Source of the DNA: Octopus sinensis
Lineage: Eukaryota
NCBI RefSeq assembly: GCF_006345805.1
Contig: NC_042999.1
Coordinates: 54,808,001 to 54,872,000 of the forward strand
Direction of reading: 5' to 3'
Length of the DNA stretch: 64,000 nt
A program made the translations under genes and the position numbers. The stretch's first letter is position 1, and every line of letters begins with the position of its first letter. The notes beneath the pieces are model-generated. The model was not told where the DNA came from and did not search any database. It saw only the letters and a list, made by a program, of their open reading frames with translations. This document shows positions 52,270 to 64,000 of this stretch, one piece after another.

Positions 52270-52545
52270 GTCTGCTTGCAAATAAGGAAGTATTTCCCAA
52301 TGGCCAAACATATTTCTTTGGAGAATGGAAGCGAAGGACACCTCTTGTATGACAGCGACCTCAAATATATACACACCTAAAAGAAAACGTGCCCGACCAA
52401 ATGAAACATGATGGAGAACAATTAACAAAAGATCTTAAAAGCAGAAGGGTTAACAATGGAATAAGCTGTCAAGGACACTTTCAGTGTTAGAAGGTGGAAT
52501 GAACTTGCTGTCGCCTCAAGTGCCACAGGGCACTAAGAGAACCGA
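52270..52545 (+). mobile_element. Decayed RTE-clade LINE 3' end
   Basis: Across frames: TPKRKRARPNET..RTINKDLK..AVKDT..RRWNELAVASSATGH, resembling the RTE C-terminus GKRKRGRPK.TW..DLK..WR.LV.ASCATGH. Confidence 0.55.
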
Positions 52546-52627
52546 ATGAATTAATGAATATATATACAAAATTATTTGACTAGCATATCTCAACGTATAT
52601 AAACATAGCTAATATACACACTTAATA

Positions 52628-52994
52628 TATAGGCGCAGGCGTGGCTTTGTGGTAAGAAGTTGGCTTCCCATCCACGTGGTTCCGGGTTCAATCCCACTGC
52701 GTGGCACAGCCTTGGGATGTCCAAAGCCTTGTGAATAGATTTGGTAGACGGAAACTGAAAGAAGCCCGTCATGTGTGTATATATATATATGTGTGTGTGT
52801 ATGTATATGTTTGTGTATCTGTGTTTGTCCCCACCACCACCATGTTGGTGTGTTTACGTCCCCGTAACTTCGCGGTTCAGCAAAAGAGACCGATAGAATA
52901 ACAGTTTTTGCCGACCTGCTAAGTTACGGGGACGTAAACTCTCCAACACCGGTTGCCAAGCGATGGTGGGGAGGACAAACACACCCCCACAAAT

Positions 52995-53029
<35 letters not shown>

Positions 53030-53185
53030 CACGACATGCTTCTTTCAGTTTCCGTCTACCAAATCCAGTCACAAGGCTTTTGTTGACCCAAAGCTATAGT
53101 AGAAGACACTTGCCCAAGGTGCCACGCAGTGGGACTCAACCAGGAACCATGTGGTTGGGAAGCAAGCTACTTACCATGCAACCAC
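52628..53185. mobile_element. Two SINE family C copies fused in inverted orientation
   Basis: A + copy at 52628 to about 52900 joins directly to a - copy at about 52905-53185. Both have lost their 3' tails. Confidence 0.7.
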
Positions 53186-53491
53186 AAATATCCTATATTC
53201 TTTTTTATCTGCTTCATAATTTTATATTTTATTTTTTTTCAACATCGATATATTCTAACGCCTGCCGTCGTCTTGCTTCTTCTGGCCAGCTTTCGGTTAG
53301 TGTTCATTCTGGTCTTCTACAAGACCATGTCATATTAAGCAATAGTCTCAGAATTGTACACCCGCCCAACCCTTTGTTAGATCCACGGGGTAGAGATGAA
53401 GTAAATAGTTCTCGTTCCATTGACTAAAGCAAGAATATTCTACCATTAACTTACTCTTACATGCGATGCCGCTTGCTCGATTCGCTGGAAC

Positions 53492-53533
<42 letters not shown>

Positions 53534-53566
53534 GTCTTCCCTTCTCTGGATCTTTCCTTCTCCTAT

Positions 53567-53601
53567 GTTTCCGACGAAGAGCTCCGCTCGAAACGTTAAA
53601 C
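53567..53601 (+). ncRNA. Minimal hammerhead motif, CCGACGA core variant
   Basis: GTTT-CCGACGA-A-GAGC-TCC-GCTC-GAAA-CG-TT^AAAC, with a loop-less palindromic stem III (ACGU). Confidence 0.6.
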
Positions 53602-53687
53602 CCTCCTTATTTCCTTCTTTCCTGAGCGTCCAATAATACAATATTTGTTCCACGTCCTCGTGTTGTTGTGTTTTTATGTTTGGATTA

Positions 53688-53731
<44 letters not shown>

Positions 53732-53996
53732 ATACATACACACACACACATATATATTTATGTATGTATATCGTTCGAATGACCACCGAGAATGAATTCA
53801 CACCTATCTCATTAAAGGCGACTTCGTGGGCGTGAGTTCAATTCAAGGGCCAATGATTCTGTATGTGTGTGTGTGTGTGTGTGTATCCTGGTTGTAAATT
53901 TATGAATGTATACATTTACGCATGTGTTTTTGTATATAAAGACACACATGAATGCACCCGCATATATATACATGTGAAATATTAAAATCTTTTTAT

Positions 53997-54033
<37 letters not shown>

Positions 54034-54036
54034 TAT

Positions 54037-54071
<35 letters not shown>

Positions 54072-54240
54072 CGCGCATGTGTGTGTGGTGTGCGCGCGCA
54101 TGTCTTTGTGTGCTCGTTTGCACAACCAAACTACAACTAAACATTTCTAACATCTGCCATCTCTCCATAGGAATGAGGGGCGGGGAGAGGTGAAGATACA
54201 GGACTGTGCGTATAGATATGTGCACGTGCATGTATGTGTC

Positions 54241-54308
<68 letters not shown>

Positions 54309-54480
54309 TGCGCGTGTGTAACCTCGGTGCAGATGTTTAAGTAATTTCGATGGATGACTAGCAAGTCATAATGTTGACATTGTCAACTACGACTGAAATT
54401 TCTTTTATTACTGTCGAACACTGCCGAATTATCGTATCTTATTCTCTTGTATGTATATATATATATATTATATATATATA

Positions 54481-54540
<60 letters not shown>

Positions 54541-54650
54541 TGCATTTATACGTATACATGTATATGCATACATATATAGAAGAATACTCACACACACACA
54601 CATATATATATGCGTGTATATCTATATGTGTGCGTGTACATACGTACGTA

Positions 54651-54715
<65 letters not shown>

Positions 54716-55599
54716 TGTGCGCATGTGTGTGTATGCACAAACATACATACATAGATAGTTAAGAGAACAGTATTTAAACATGCAGCTTGATACGAGAAAT
54801 GTGATCTCATCCATTTTATCAAGTTTTTTTTTTATCCTGGGCTCGGAAGAGTTTCCTGTAATTTATTTCGAGCTCAAAAGTTACTAAGTCCACCATCATA
54901 TTTCTAGACTGTCACTGTCTCACCTTCAAAGTGGAGTGATGCTGGCGTGTGTAGAACCATTATGATTGATGTAGCTACTGCCGCTATAATTTCGACCGTT
55001 AGAACTTCGTCAGGTGACTAATGCAATATGCTAGCGGCAGTCACATCGAAGTTGCATGTTATAATGAGACAGCAATTGAAACTAATATTATTTCAACCGA
55101 CAGATAAGATTGAGAAAATTTAGATATTTTATTTTTCCAAGCAAAATTGGAAAATCACTTTTGCTAAAGATGGATAATAAAACAAGAATATGGCTGTGGT
55201 TTTAGTAAAATGCACACGAACATAGAAAGAAAGAGAGAGAGCGGAGGAATCTCACGTACACATATGCATGCATAGATACATATCTGTGTTTGTGTTGTGT
55301 CTGTGTGTGAGTGAGAGAGCGGGAAATTTACAGCGACTACAGGGTTATCTGATATATTTCACATATATTAGCATAAATTTGATTCTACATCCTACTAACA
55401 CAGTTATATTGAGTCCCTTTTTGTGGTTCTACATCGTCACACGTGATACAAAGGCACGTGACTTAATGATCACTGAATTCTCCCTGAGAACTACATCAAG
55501 GTTACGCGTGTCTGTGGAATGCTCGTCCACTTGCACGTTAATTTCGCGAGCAGGCTGTTCCGTTGCTCGGATCAACTGGAATACTTTAAATATATATTT

Positions 55600-55826
55600 C
55601 TTTACTACCCACAAGGGACTAAACACAGAGGGGACAAACAAGGACAGACAAACGGATTAAGTCGATTACATCGACCCCAGTGCGTAACTGGTACTTAATT
55701 TATCGACCCCGAAAGGATGAAAGGCAAAGTCGACCTCGGCGGAATTTGAACCCAGAACGTAGCAGCAGACGAAATACGGTTACGCATTTCGCCCGGCGTG
55801 CTAACGTTTCTGCCAGCCCGCCGCTT
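55600..55826 (-). mobile_element. SINE family B
   Basis: Near-intact reverse complement copy. Confidence 0.8.
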
Positions 55827-56128
55827 TAAAATACTTTAAATATCGCCATGTAAACAATATCCACGACTGAGCTTGAGTAAAAGAGAGGAGGAGGAGGAGA
55901 GAGAGAGTGTTAGTACGTGTATAGTATGTGTGTCCGCGTTCACTGACACGCACAAATGTGCAGTGTAGGACTTCGATAAATATTCGCAGCCCAATGCCTA
56001 ATACGAGTAAAAGAATGAAAGAATCAGTCAAAAATAGATTTCGCCGTTCACGTTCCGATTTCGAATCCTGTCAGTATGTTCTTTATTGTTTTATTGTGTT
56101 GCTAAATTTCTTCTCTCACAGAACTTAA

Positions 56129-56350
56129 CCCTTTCGTTACCGTATTTATTTTGAGATGCTCTGTGTTTCATTCAATTAATTTTAAATATAACAAAGACTT
56201 TAATAAAAGAACTTGGTTATCATTAAGCTAGTGTTGGGAACATAAATTGTGACTAAGGTTTGGAGGAAGATTTTAATTCAATACTTATGAAAGTAAGACA
56301 TTTGTACTACAGGGCCAGAGGCGGTTTTGGCCGGGTTGGTATCAAAAGGG
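56129..56350. mobile_element. piggyBac-type MITE
   Basis: TTAA-CCCTTTCGTTACC ... GGTATCAAAAGGG-TTTTAA. Confidence 0.65.
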
Positions 56351-57285
56351 TTTTAAAACATTTTCGTTCTATTGGTGTTGTATAGTAATTAATTTTTCTC
56401 CAATTGTTCTAGTAATCATTTCTCGTTTTTCTACTCTCCCCGAATTCGTACCTTACCTCTATTTTCGCTTGTTCATTTTTTCACTTTTTCTTTTCTTTTT
56501 CTCCCTTCTGCTTCTATGCTTTACACTCCTCTACATTTCTCACTAATTTTCTCCCCCCCCCCAAAAAAAAATATATATATATTTATATACCAGTGTTGTA
56601 TTATATTTATTCTTTCTCTAATTTCTCTCATCCTCCTCTCACTTCTCTCCCTAAACTTCCACGTTTTCTCCCACTTTCGTTCTCTTCCAAACAGTAGCAT
56701 CTCACAACCTAACCCTTGCATATATTTCAATCACACTCTCTACAATCCTCTTGCCTTCCTTTTTTCGTACACTCATGCCCTCTCCTGCCCCCCCCCTTTC
56801 ACGCATTTCTCACTCACACACGCAAACATTTCCCGCCACTAACCTTGCACACCTCTATGCACAGAAAGACACTCAGCACTTCCCCACTTGCGCTCACCTC
56901 AAACCACGGATGCGTTCCTATGCGTGTACACACACTTGTCCCCTCCTCCTTCTTAACTCCCCCTGAGAACCGTATCCCTACTTGTCTCCTAACCCTCACT
57001 CATTTTTCTTTTTCTCCTTTTCAACCTCTTTTCTTTTTTACACTCCTTTTGTGCAATTCTGATGATAAAGGACTAACGTCCGAAACGTTAAGACTCTTTT
57101 ACTTCCTTTTAAACAGAAAACCGACACAGTATCTGTTAAAACTTGCCCTTCCCGTGCTGTCTTTTCGTCTCTTTATTTTCTTGGCTAAAAACAAAAAACT
57201 CCGCATTGATTTTTTTTCCCATCAGTTGAGTTAACTATAGGGGTGAGGTTTGGTTCGATTGATAGCAACAGAGCGGACCCAATAA

Positions 57286-57684
<399 letters not shown>

Positions 57685-58589
57685 TGATAATTTGTTGGTG
57701 ACAATATGCAAAAATGTGATGATCTAGTTTCGTCTTACAAAATTGCTGTCAGAGGCTCAGAAAACAGACAAGAAAAGATCTAAAGAGAAACTCTGTAGAA
57801 CGCCCAATTAACTATTAAGATACTTAGATGGGGCCGTCATTGGACCACTACACCGAGGGTAATTCTGGGTAATTCTTTTTTCTTTTAATTTTTCTTCAAT
57901 CGGTTTACATGAAAAAAATTACAAATATTTTTTTGAAGTGTGAATAAGACCGACAAACAACAGTCGCGATCTCCAAATGTACCTCTTTATTCGCTTTCTC
58001 TTAGAAATTCATGAAATTTAGATTAAAAGGAAAAAATCTACTTTCTTACCGTCAGCTATTTCCGGTTGTATTCAAACAGTTTCCTCCTGAATTTTAAAAG
58101 CTAAGTTTATACCGTCTCTATTATAACTGTTTTCTTGGTTATTTCGAGAGGTTTCTGACGGAGCTGATGGGGACTATGATCTGTGTGGTATGTCGATACA
58201 ATCAACCATTCAATATGAATGATAGTGTGATATTATCAGGCGTCAAAGACTAAGGTTGACTGACTGACTGATTGCAAAAGAAAATGTTCGATATTTTGCT
58301 TTATGACATTGTATACGATGGATGAGGTGAAACCAGCCCATATATCATGCACTCGGGATTTGAAACCGTATCCGCTTGATCATTATGATACCATATAAAA
58401 ACATGAATAAAATTAAATAAAATGGAAACAGATATGTGAGGGTTCGGTCTCGCCTCACGACAATTTGAAGAAATAATGTTTAAGTTTAAAGTTAAATGAC
58501 ACAACAGAACACAAATCAATAGCAAGAGCACTCAGAGACCGCAAACCTCCGCCAACGCAACACCAACGTCCTCTCAAAGATTGGCCAGA

Positions 58590-58893
58590 GATAAATTTTA
58601 GAATGAGAATATCTGAAATAAACTCGATTGCTCTCACAAACAAGAATACTAAAAATGAACCCGACTGCTCTCAAAAATTGAATAAAAAAAAAAACAGGAA
58701 AAATAATCCAGAATCCTTGTCCGGTATCGGATCGATCCCAAAATCTAATCAGTTCGTGCCAGTCACGAGGCCAAACATCCCTGAAAGTTTCATCTGAATT
58801 CATTCAGCGGTTCTTGAGATATCTTGTCCACGGACAAACAAACAAATACGACTGAAAACAATACCTCCGCCTTCGCTAAGGCGGAGGAAATAA
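58590..58893 (+). mobile_element. Helentron-like non-autonomous element, 3' part
   Basis: ACAAACAAACAAA tract followed by the terminal hairpin CCTCCGCC-TTCGCTAA-GGCGGAGG. Confidence 0.45.
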
Positions 58894-58962
58894 TAGACTG
58901 AAAGCTTCTATCAGAATGGTGTTTAATGTTGCCGTCTTCGGAAATATGAACACTCGTCAATT

Positions 58963-59362
58963 ATAGGCGCAGGAGTGGCTGTGTGGTAAGCAGCTTGCTA
59001 ACCAACCACATGGTTCCGGGTTCAGTCCCACTGCGTAGCATCTTGGGAAAGTGTCTTCTGCTATAGCCCCGGGCCGACCAATGCCTTGTGAGTGGATTTG
59101 GTAGACGGAAACTGAAAGAAGCCTGTCGTATATATGTATATATATATATATATATGTGTGTGTGTATGTGTGGGTGTTTGTGTGTCTGTGTTTGTCCCCC
59201 AATGCTGGTGTGTTTACGTCCCCGTAACTTAGCGGTTCGGCAAAAGAGACCGATAGAATAAGTATTGGGCTTACAAAAAGAACAAGTCCCGGGGTCGAGT
59301 TGCTCGACTAAAGGCGGTGCTCCAGCATGACCGCAGTCAAATGACTGAAACAAGTAAAAAGA
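58963..59362 (+). mobile_element. SINE family C, full length
   Basis: Complete head, internal (TA)n(TG)n and complete tail GCAGTCAAATGACTGAAACAAGTAAAAAGAG. Confidence 0.85.
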
Positions 59363-59836
59363 GTATACAGTCAACCCGCTGATTATAGTAGTGAACCTCG
59401 TTATTGTCTTAATGTTTACTGATCTAAGCTAATTAGTTGGTTACAACTAATTATTTTTGACGCAGCCGAACACTAGAGATCGAACTTTTGACTCTTCTGT
59501 TGAGAAAATTCATTTACCGTACGACTGGATGTGTTTCGAAACTGGTTTCATTGTCTCAGAATAACAATATAAATTGGAAACAAAATTAGTGACTCTTGTC
59601 GGTGTAAGTTAAGCCCTTTATTAGCTGTGACATGTCACATGTTACAACTCAGGGATTGAAATTTGTGTTGTCTGTCTGGAACCACATTGCACAAAGTAAA
59701 ACTTCCGGAAAATTGAGATTACAACCAATTTTTGGTTCCTGATTGTACCTCGTCCAATTATCTTACATCACTTAACGCGTTCGGAGAGGTATGAACTTCA
59801 TCACATCATCCTCAAGCCACTATCTTTCAGATGCGA

Positions 59837-59857
59837 GGTTAGGGTTAGGGTTAGGGT
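59837..59857 (+). repeat. Interstitial telomeric repeat GG(TTAGGG)3T
   Basis: Three exact TTAGGG units at 59839-59856, abutting the 18S fragment. Confidence 0.85.
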
Positions 59858-60056
59858 CCATGCTTTTCGTATGCAAGCCGGCAGGGCTCGCTCTGAGCAC
59901 TCTAATTTTTTCACAGTGAACGTACTGGCCGCCTCGGACACTCGGCGAAGAGCACCCTCGGAGGAACCGTGCGGGCCGAAACGACCGGGAGGTGGACGCA
60001 CTACTACCGCAACGCGAACGGCGACGCCCGACGACGCGCCTGCCTCGTGGCTCCCG
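59857..60056 (-). pseudogene. 18S rRNA gene fragment (V4 region)
   Basis: GC-rich island. The minus strand reads ..GGTGCTCTTCGCCGAGTGTCC..ACGTTCACTGTGAAAAAATTAGAGTGCTCAGAGC..GCATGGA, matching the conserved 18S segment GTTTACTTTGAAAAAATTAGAGTG(T/C)TCAAAGC..GCATGGAATAAT as recalled. Confidence 0.85.
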
Positions 60057-60704
60057 TAGAAAATTGAAGAGAACAGGTGGTGAATAGTTTAGTTATGTAA
60101 CGTTTTGCTTCCTTCGTGGTTGCTGCTCTATACACGGGGCTGTATTACGTGGGTGTAAATTTATTTCAGGATGTCGTAACGGTGAATGACACACTATTTC
60201 GGGATCCCTGTCGTAAAGTAAATGCCTACAGCTCTTTACAAACTCTGGCTGTTTTTTTTTTATTTCGAGAGACAGTAACACACTGTTGCTATTGTGTTGT
60301 GAAAAATACTCGTAGTTGCGTCCGATAACCTTCAACCTCATTGAAACAAAACTTCATACCGACTCCCAGAAATGGATACCAGAAGTAGCAGCAGCAGCAG
60401 TCAACGTTGTCTCTTAAATGTAAATTAGTTTCTTTCAGCTCTGCACAAGGGTCCTGTACTTTTACGGAGACAATTATTCGACATTTTTGGGGGCAGCTAC
60501 GCCAAATAATCTCAACATAATAAAATGGGTTGATTTTTAAATGAAAGTCTATGTGGATGGTCACTATTTCAATGTGGTATTTTGAATAGACGCATGAACT
60601 TATAAAGGAAACCAGTCAAGATAATGAGGGAAAAAATTTATTGATTGGGTAACTCATTTGGGAGGAGCCAATCAACATGTCTCAATCCTCAGAGAAGCGT
60701 TGTC

Positions 60705-60738
<34 letters not shown>

Positions 60739-60954
60739 TTCTAATTTTGGCACCAGGCCAGCAATTTTGGAGAGGGGAGTAAGTTGATTAAATTGACCCC
60801 TGTACGCAACAGGTACTTAATGTATCGATCCCGAAAGGATGAAAGGCAAAGTCAATCTCGACGGAATTTGGACTCAGAACGAAAAGACGAACGAAATATC
60901 GCTAAGTATTTTGCCCGGCGGTCTAACGATTCTGCCAGCTCGCTGCCTTAATGT

Positions 60955-61057
<103 letters not shown>

Positions 61058-61169
61058 TCATCTGAAGATCGATCATTCAAAACTTTAGTAGAATACCATA
61101 TTTACTGATTTTTATAATAAAAGGGTTAAGAGTGACTTCGAGGTCACTGTCAACCTTTACCTTATAAAA

Positions 61170-61209
<40 letters not shown>

Positions 61210-61730
61210 TATATACACTGGTGTCTGTGCAAGTGGGTCCATCTGTGTATCATGGACACCGTTAGAAGGCATGATGCTGAGGAACTGTCTGAGATAAAAT
61301 CTCTTCATAGACATGCTGAGTTAAAAACAGAGAATATATCGGAGCAAAATTACCATTATCGCTCCAGTGACTCACGAGAACGACAAGTGTGTTTCGCCGT
61401 TGTTGGGGCTTGTCAGTGCCATGCACTTGATTGCCAATTGCTTTAACGAAACTGCTGCCTCTATAAATAGTTGCTCTTTAAAAGGAGTAAGAGTACTTAA
61501 CTCTGAGTTTCTCACTATTCCAGCTTCGGGGATTCGCTTAATCAGGCGGATTATGAAATTCTCCGTTAAGGCCCGATTTATAGATGGGTTCTTCACTCGG
61601 AAATCTATGTAGCAACATTACTGCCACACCCACATGTTAAACAAGATTGCTGACTTAGATTGTCAGAACATATAAAATTAAATATAGTCACAATGTTGGT
61701 GGTAATAGAGTAAAATATTTATGGAAAGTT

Positions 61731-62036
61731 GTGTCTAAGTGTGTCGCGACTCAAGTTTCATGGTTTCGCTTAATGAAACTAATTACGATATGTTTGGGGT
61801 CCCCTTATTTATACTCGAGTTTTTCCCACCCTTTGAAAGGCTGGCCACCGAAAATGCCACGCCCACTTGAAAAACAACTCAGTTAAATGTAAATATACAT
61901 CAAATATGGGGATGTTTTAGAAAGAGACGGCATGAACAAAAATAAAAGTAAAAAGTATCCAAAATCTATAAAATATCTACTGGGATTTCTTAAGCAGCGG
62001 AAACACGAAACTTGAGTAGCGACTCACTCTGACACT
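61731..62036. mobile_element. MITE with imperfect TIRs of about 45 bp
   Basis: GTGTCTAAGTGTGTCGCGACTCAAGTTTCATGGTTTCGCT is inverted relative to AGCGGAAACACGAAACTTGAGTAGCGACTCACTCTGACAC. Confidence 0.55.
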
Positions 62037-63391
62037 GCTTTGAATAAATCTTGCACGCGTGCGTGTGTGTGCGTGCGTGTGTGCGTGTGTGTGTGTGTGG
62101 TGTGTGTGTGTGTCGGACAAATGTGAAAGACAGTTCGGATGTTATGTACGTTTTACACTTAGAATAAGCAGCTAGTTCTCATTTAGAGTACGCCGTACCG
62201 TTTTAAAAAGAGTACGCTTGATTATATATATAGTGAGAATTTACAAAAAAAAAAGAAACAAAAGACGAAGACGGGTGTGTAAACAACAAACAGATGTATT
62301 AGTTTCATGCTCGGGACGTGAGAAAGTCTTTTACGTTTCAAGCCTACGCTCTTCGACGGAAATGAACACATAAATAAACAGGGAGAGAAAATAAAAAGGT
62401 TTGGTGACTAGCGATCTATCATGGCGAATGCCGGACAGAGGGGTCACACAGGAGAACTAGGAAGAAGGGGAGATGATAAAGTAGTGGTGATCCCAAAACG
62501 AAGGTGCACGTGCATGTGTATGTAAGAGCGTGTATCTGCGTGCGGATGGTAGCTGGTGACCTTGACGTGTGCGTATGTGCATGTGTAGGTGTGTGTATGA
62601 TGTTGTGGGTGCTGGGAAGTGGTCAGTGCTAGTGTGTGCGGGGCGGTGTGGTGTGTAGTGTGGTGGTTTGGCAAGATGTGGTGTGGTTGTGGTGCTGGAG
62701 TGTTGGTTGGGATGAGGGTAGGGATGGGGTATGTGGGTGTGGGTGTAATGGATGAGGTGGGGTGGAATGGTAGGTTGGAATGTGTAGGGGTGAGGTAACG
62801 AGGAAGGGTTGACGATGAAGATGGGTAGGAGGGAAGAGCGGAAGTAGGTGTCTAAACAAGAGAGGAGAGGTGGGTGGGATGAAGTAGGTGTGAGAGGAGG
62901 AGGGTTAGATGAAGAGGTGAGGGTGTTGAGCTCATGTGGCGCAAAGGAGCGAAGAGAGAAAGATAATCCCTGTTCACGGTGAAGACGGGAGTCCGGATGG
63001 CCCCTGTGCAAGGACAATCCGTCACTCGCAAGTGAATGTGACCTAGAATCTTGTAGCAGAGTTTTGCTATATTTTATGTGAAGGCGCGTGACTTAATATC
63101 TAGGGTCTTGAAGTCACGATCACAAGGCCGTGGGTTTCGATTCCTGGACGATTCAGTGCATTGTATCCTTGAGCAAGGTATTTCATTTCACATTGCCCCA
63201 GTCTACCCAGCTATAAATGCGCACCAGCCAGGTGCCGCAGGGCCAAGCAGGTGGTCTGATTGCGACAAGCACCTAAAACAACAAATCAGATAGAGAGAGG
63301 AGAGGGTGTGAAACGCAGACCAAGGGTCAAAGATAAATAAGATCGTTTTGAAAAAAGATCGATGCTAAATTTTTATTCATTTATTGAACAG

Positions 63392-63514
63392 ATATCGACG
63401 AATGTGGAATAAATAATGGTGGTTGCCAATACGAGTGCGTGAACACCCAGGGTGGATCTATTTGTCGATGTCCAGACGGTCAAACACTTAGTGATGACGA
63501 AAAAACATGTATTG
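63392..63514 (+). CDS. MEGF6: MEGF6-like gene exon: calcium-binding EGF domain
   Basis: Acceptor tttattgaacag|, donor G|gtaagt, 123 bp, phase 1/1. Translates DIDECGINNGGCQYECVNTQGGSICRCPDGQTLSDDEKTCI. Missed by the ORF track. Confidence 0.92.
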
Positions 63515-63592
63515 GTAAGTAACTATTACTAGTAATTACTACTACTACTAATAATAATAATAATAATAATATTTATAATAATCTAAATATAG

Positions 63593-64000
63593 CTTAAAAC
63601 GACCACGATAGGACTCCAAAGGTACATCTAAAGTAACACCGATTGGAAGATACAGCTGGTAAGACAACTCGAAAAGAGTAAGAAGCTGCACTCAATCCCA
63701 AAGAAGACGTATAAATACAGACGGGAGCTTAACCTCCCTGACTATGATGATGATAAAGAAGACACACCACCCACTAAGGTAGCAAAAAAGTGTAAAACAA
63801 GAGCCAAACAGGAAAGCTTGAAGGAAATATCGAGACTATGACAAGAAAACCCATTGCATAGACAATACCCCAAACGAGTAGGAGAAGCTGAGGTAGATAT
63901 GAGAGCTCATCAATGGCTGCAGAGTGTTGGTTTCAAAGGTGAAACAGAAGGATTTATCCTAGCGGCACAAGCTCAGAGTCTCCTCACCCGAAACTATCAA
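63593..64000 (+). mobile_element. Dong/R4-like non-LTR retrotransposon remnant, 5'-truncated, runs off the window
   Basis: A single frame with 2 stops: LKTTTIGLQRYI*..L*QENPLHRQY..HQWLQSVGFKGETEGFILAAQAQSLLTRNYQ. It begins just after a (TAA)n tract. Confidence 0.75.

Overview
AT-rich, microsatellite-dense eukaryotic DNA. The SINE, (TA)n/(CA)n and mariner landscape suggests an octopus or other coleoid cephalopod (inference). The only host gene I can support is a MEGF6-like EMI + EGF-repeat gene on the + strand. It has five coding exons with consistent splice phases (3855-3992, 13248-13357, 32521-32625, 57503-57625, 63392-63514), and its N-terminal exon and the rest of the gene are not resolved in this window. 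The introns are filled with three tRNA-derived SINE families, LINE remnants (CR1/L2-type RT, RTE tails including one with two C2H2 fingers, and a Dong/R4-type element next to (TAA)n), three mariner remnants, MITEs/foldbacks, Helentron-like non-autonomous elements and Penelope-like (PLE) remnants. Two things stand out. First, at least eight hammerhead-ribozyme-like motifs: two with intact cores, one of them on the pre-mRNA sense strand, and several sharing a CCGACGA core variant. Second, a 200-bp antisense 18S rRNA (V4) fragment joined directly to (TTAGGG)3. Nearly all ORFs in the supplied track are microsatellite or SINE artefacts. There is no CRISPR array. Repeat boundaries were read by eye and are approximate.
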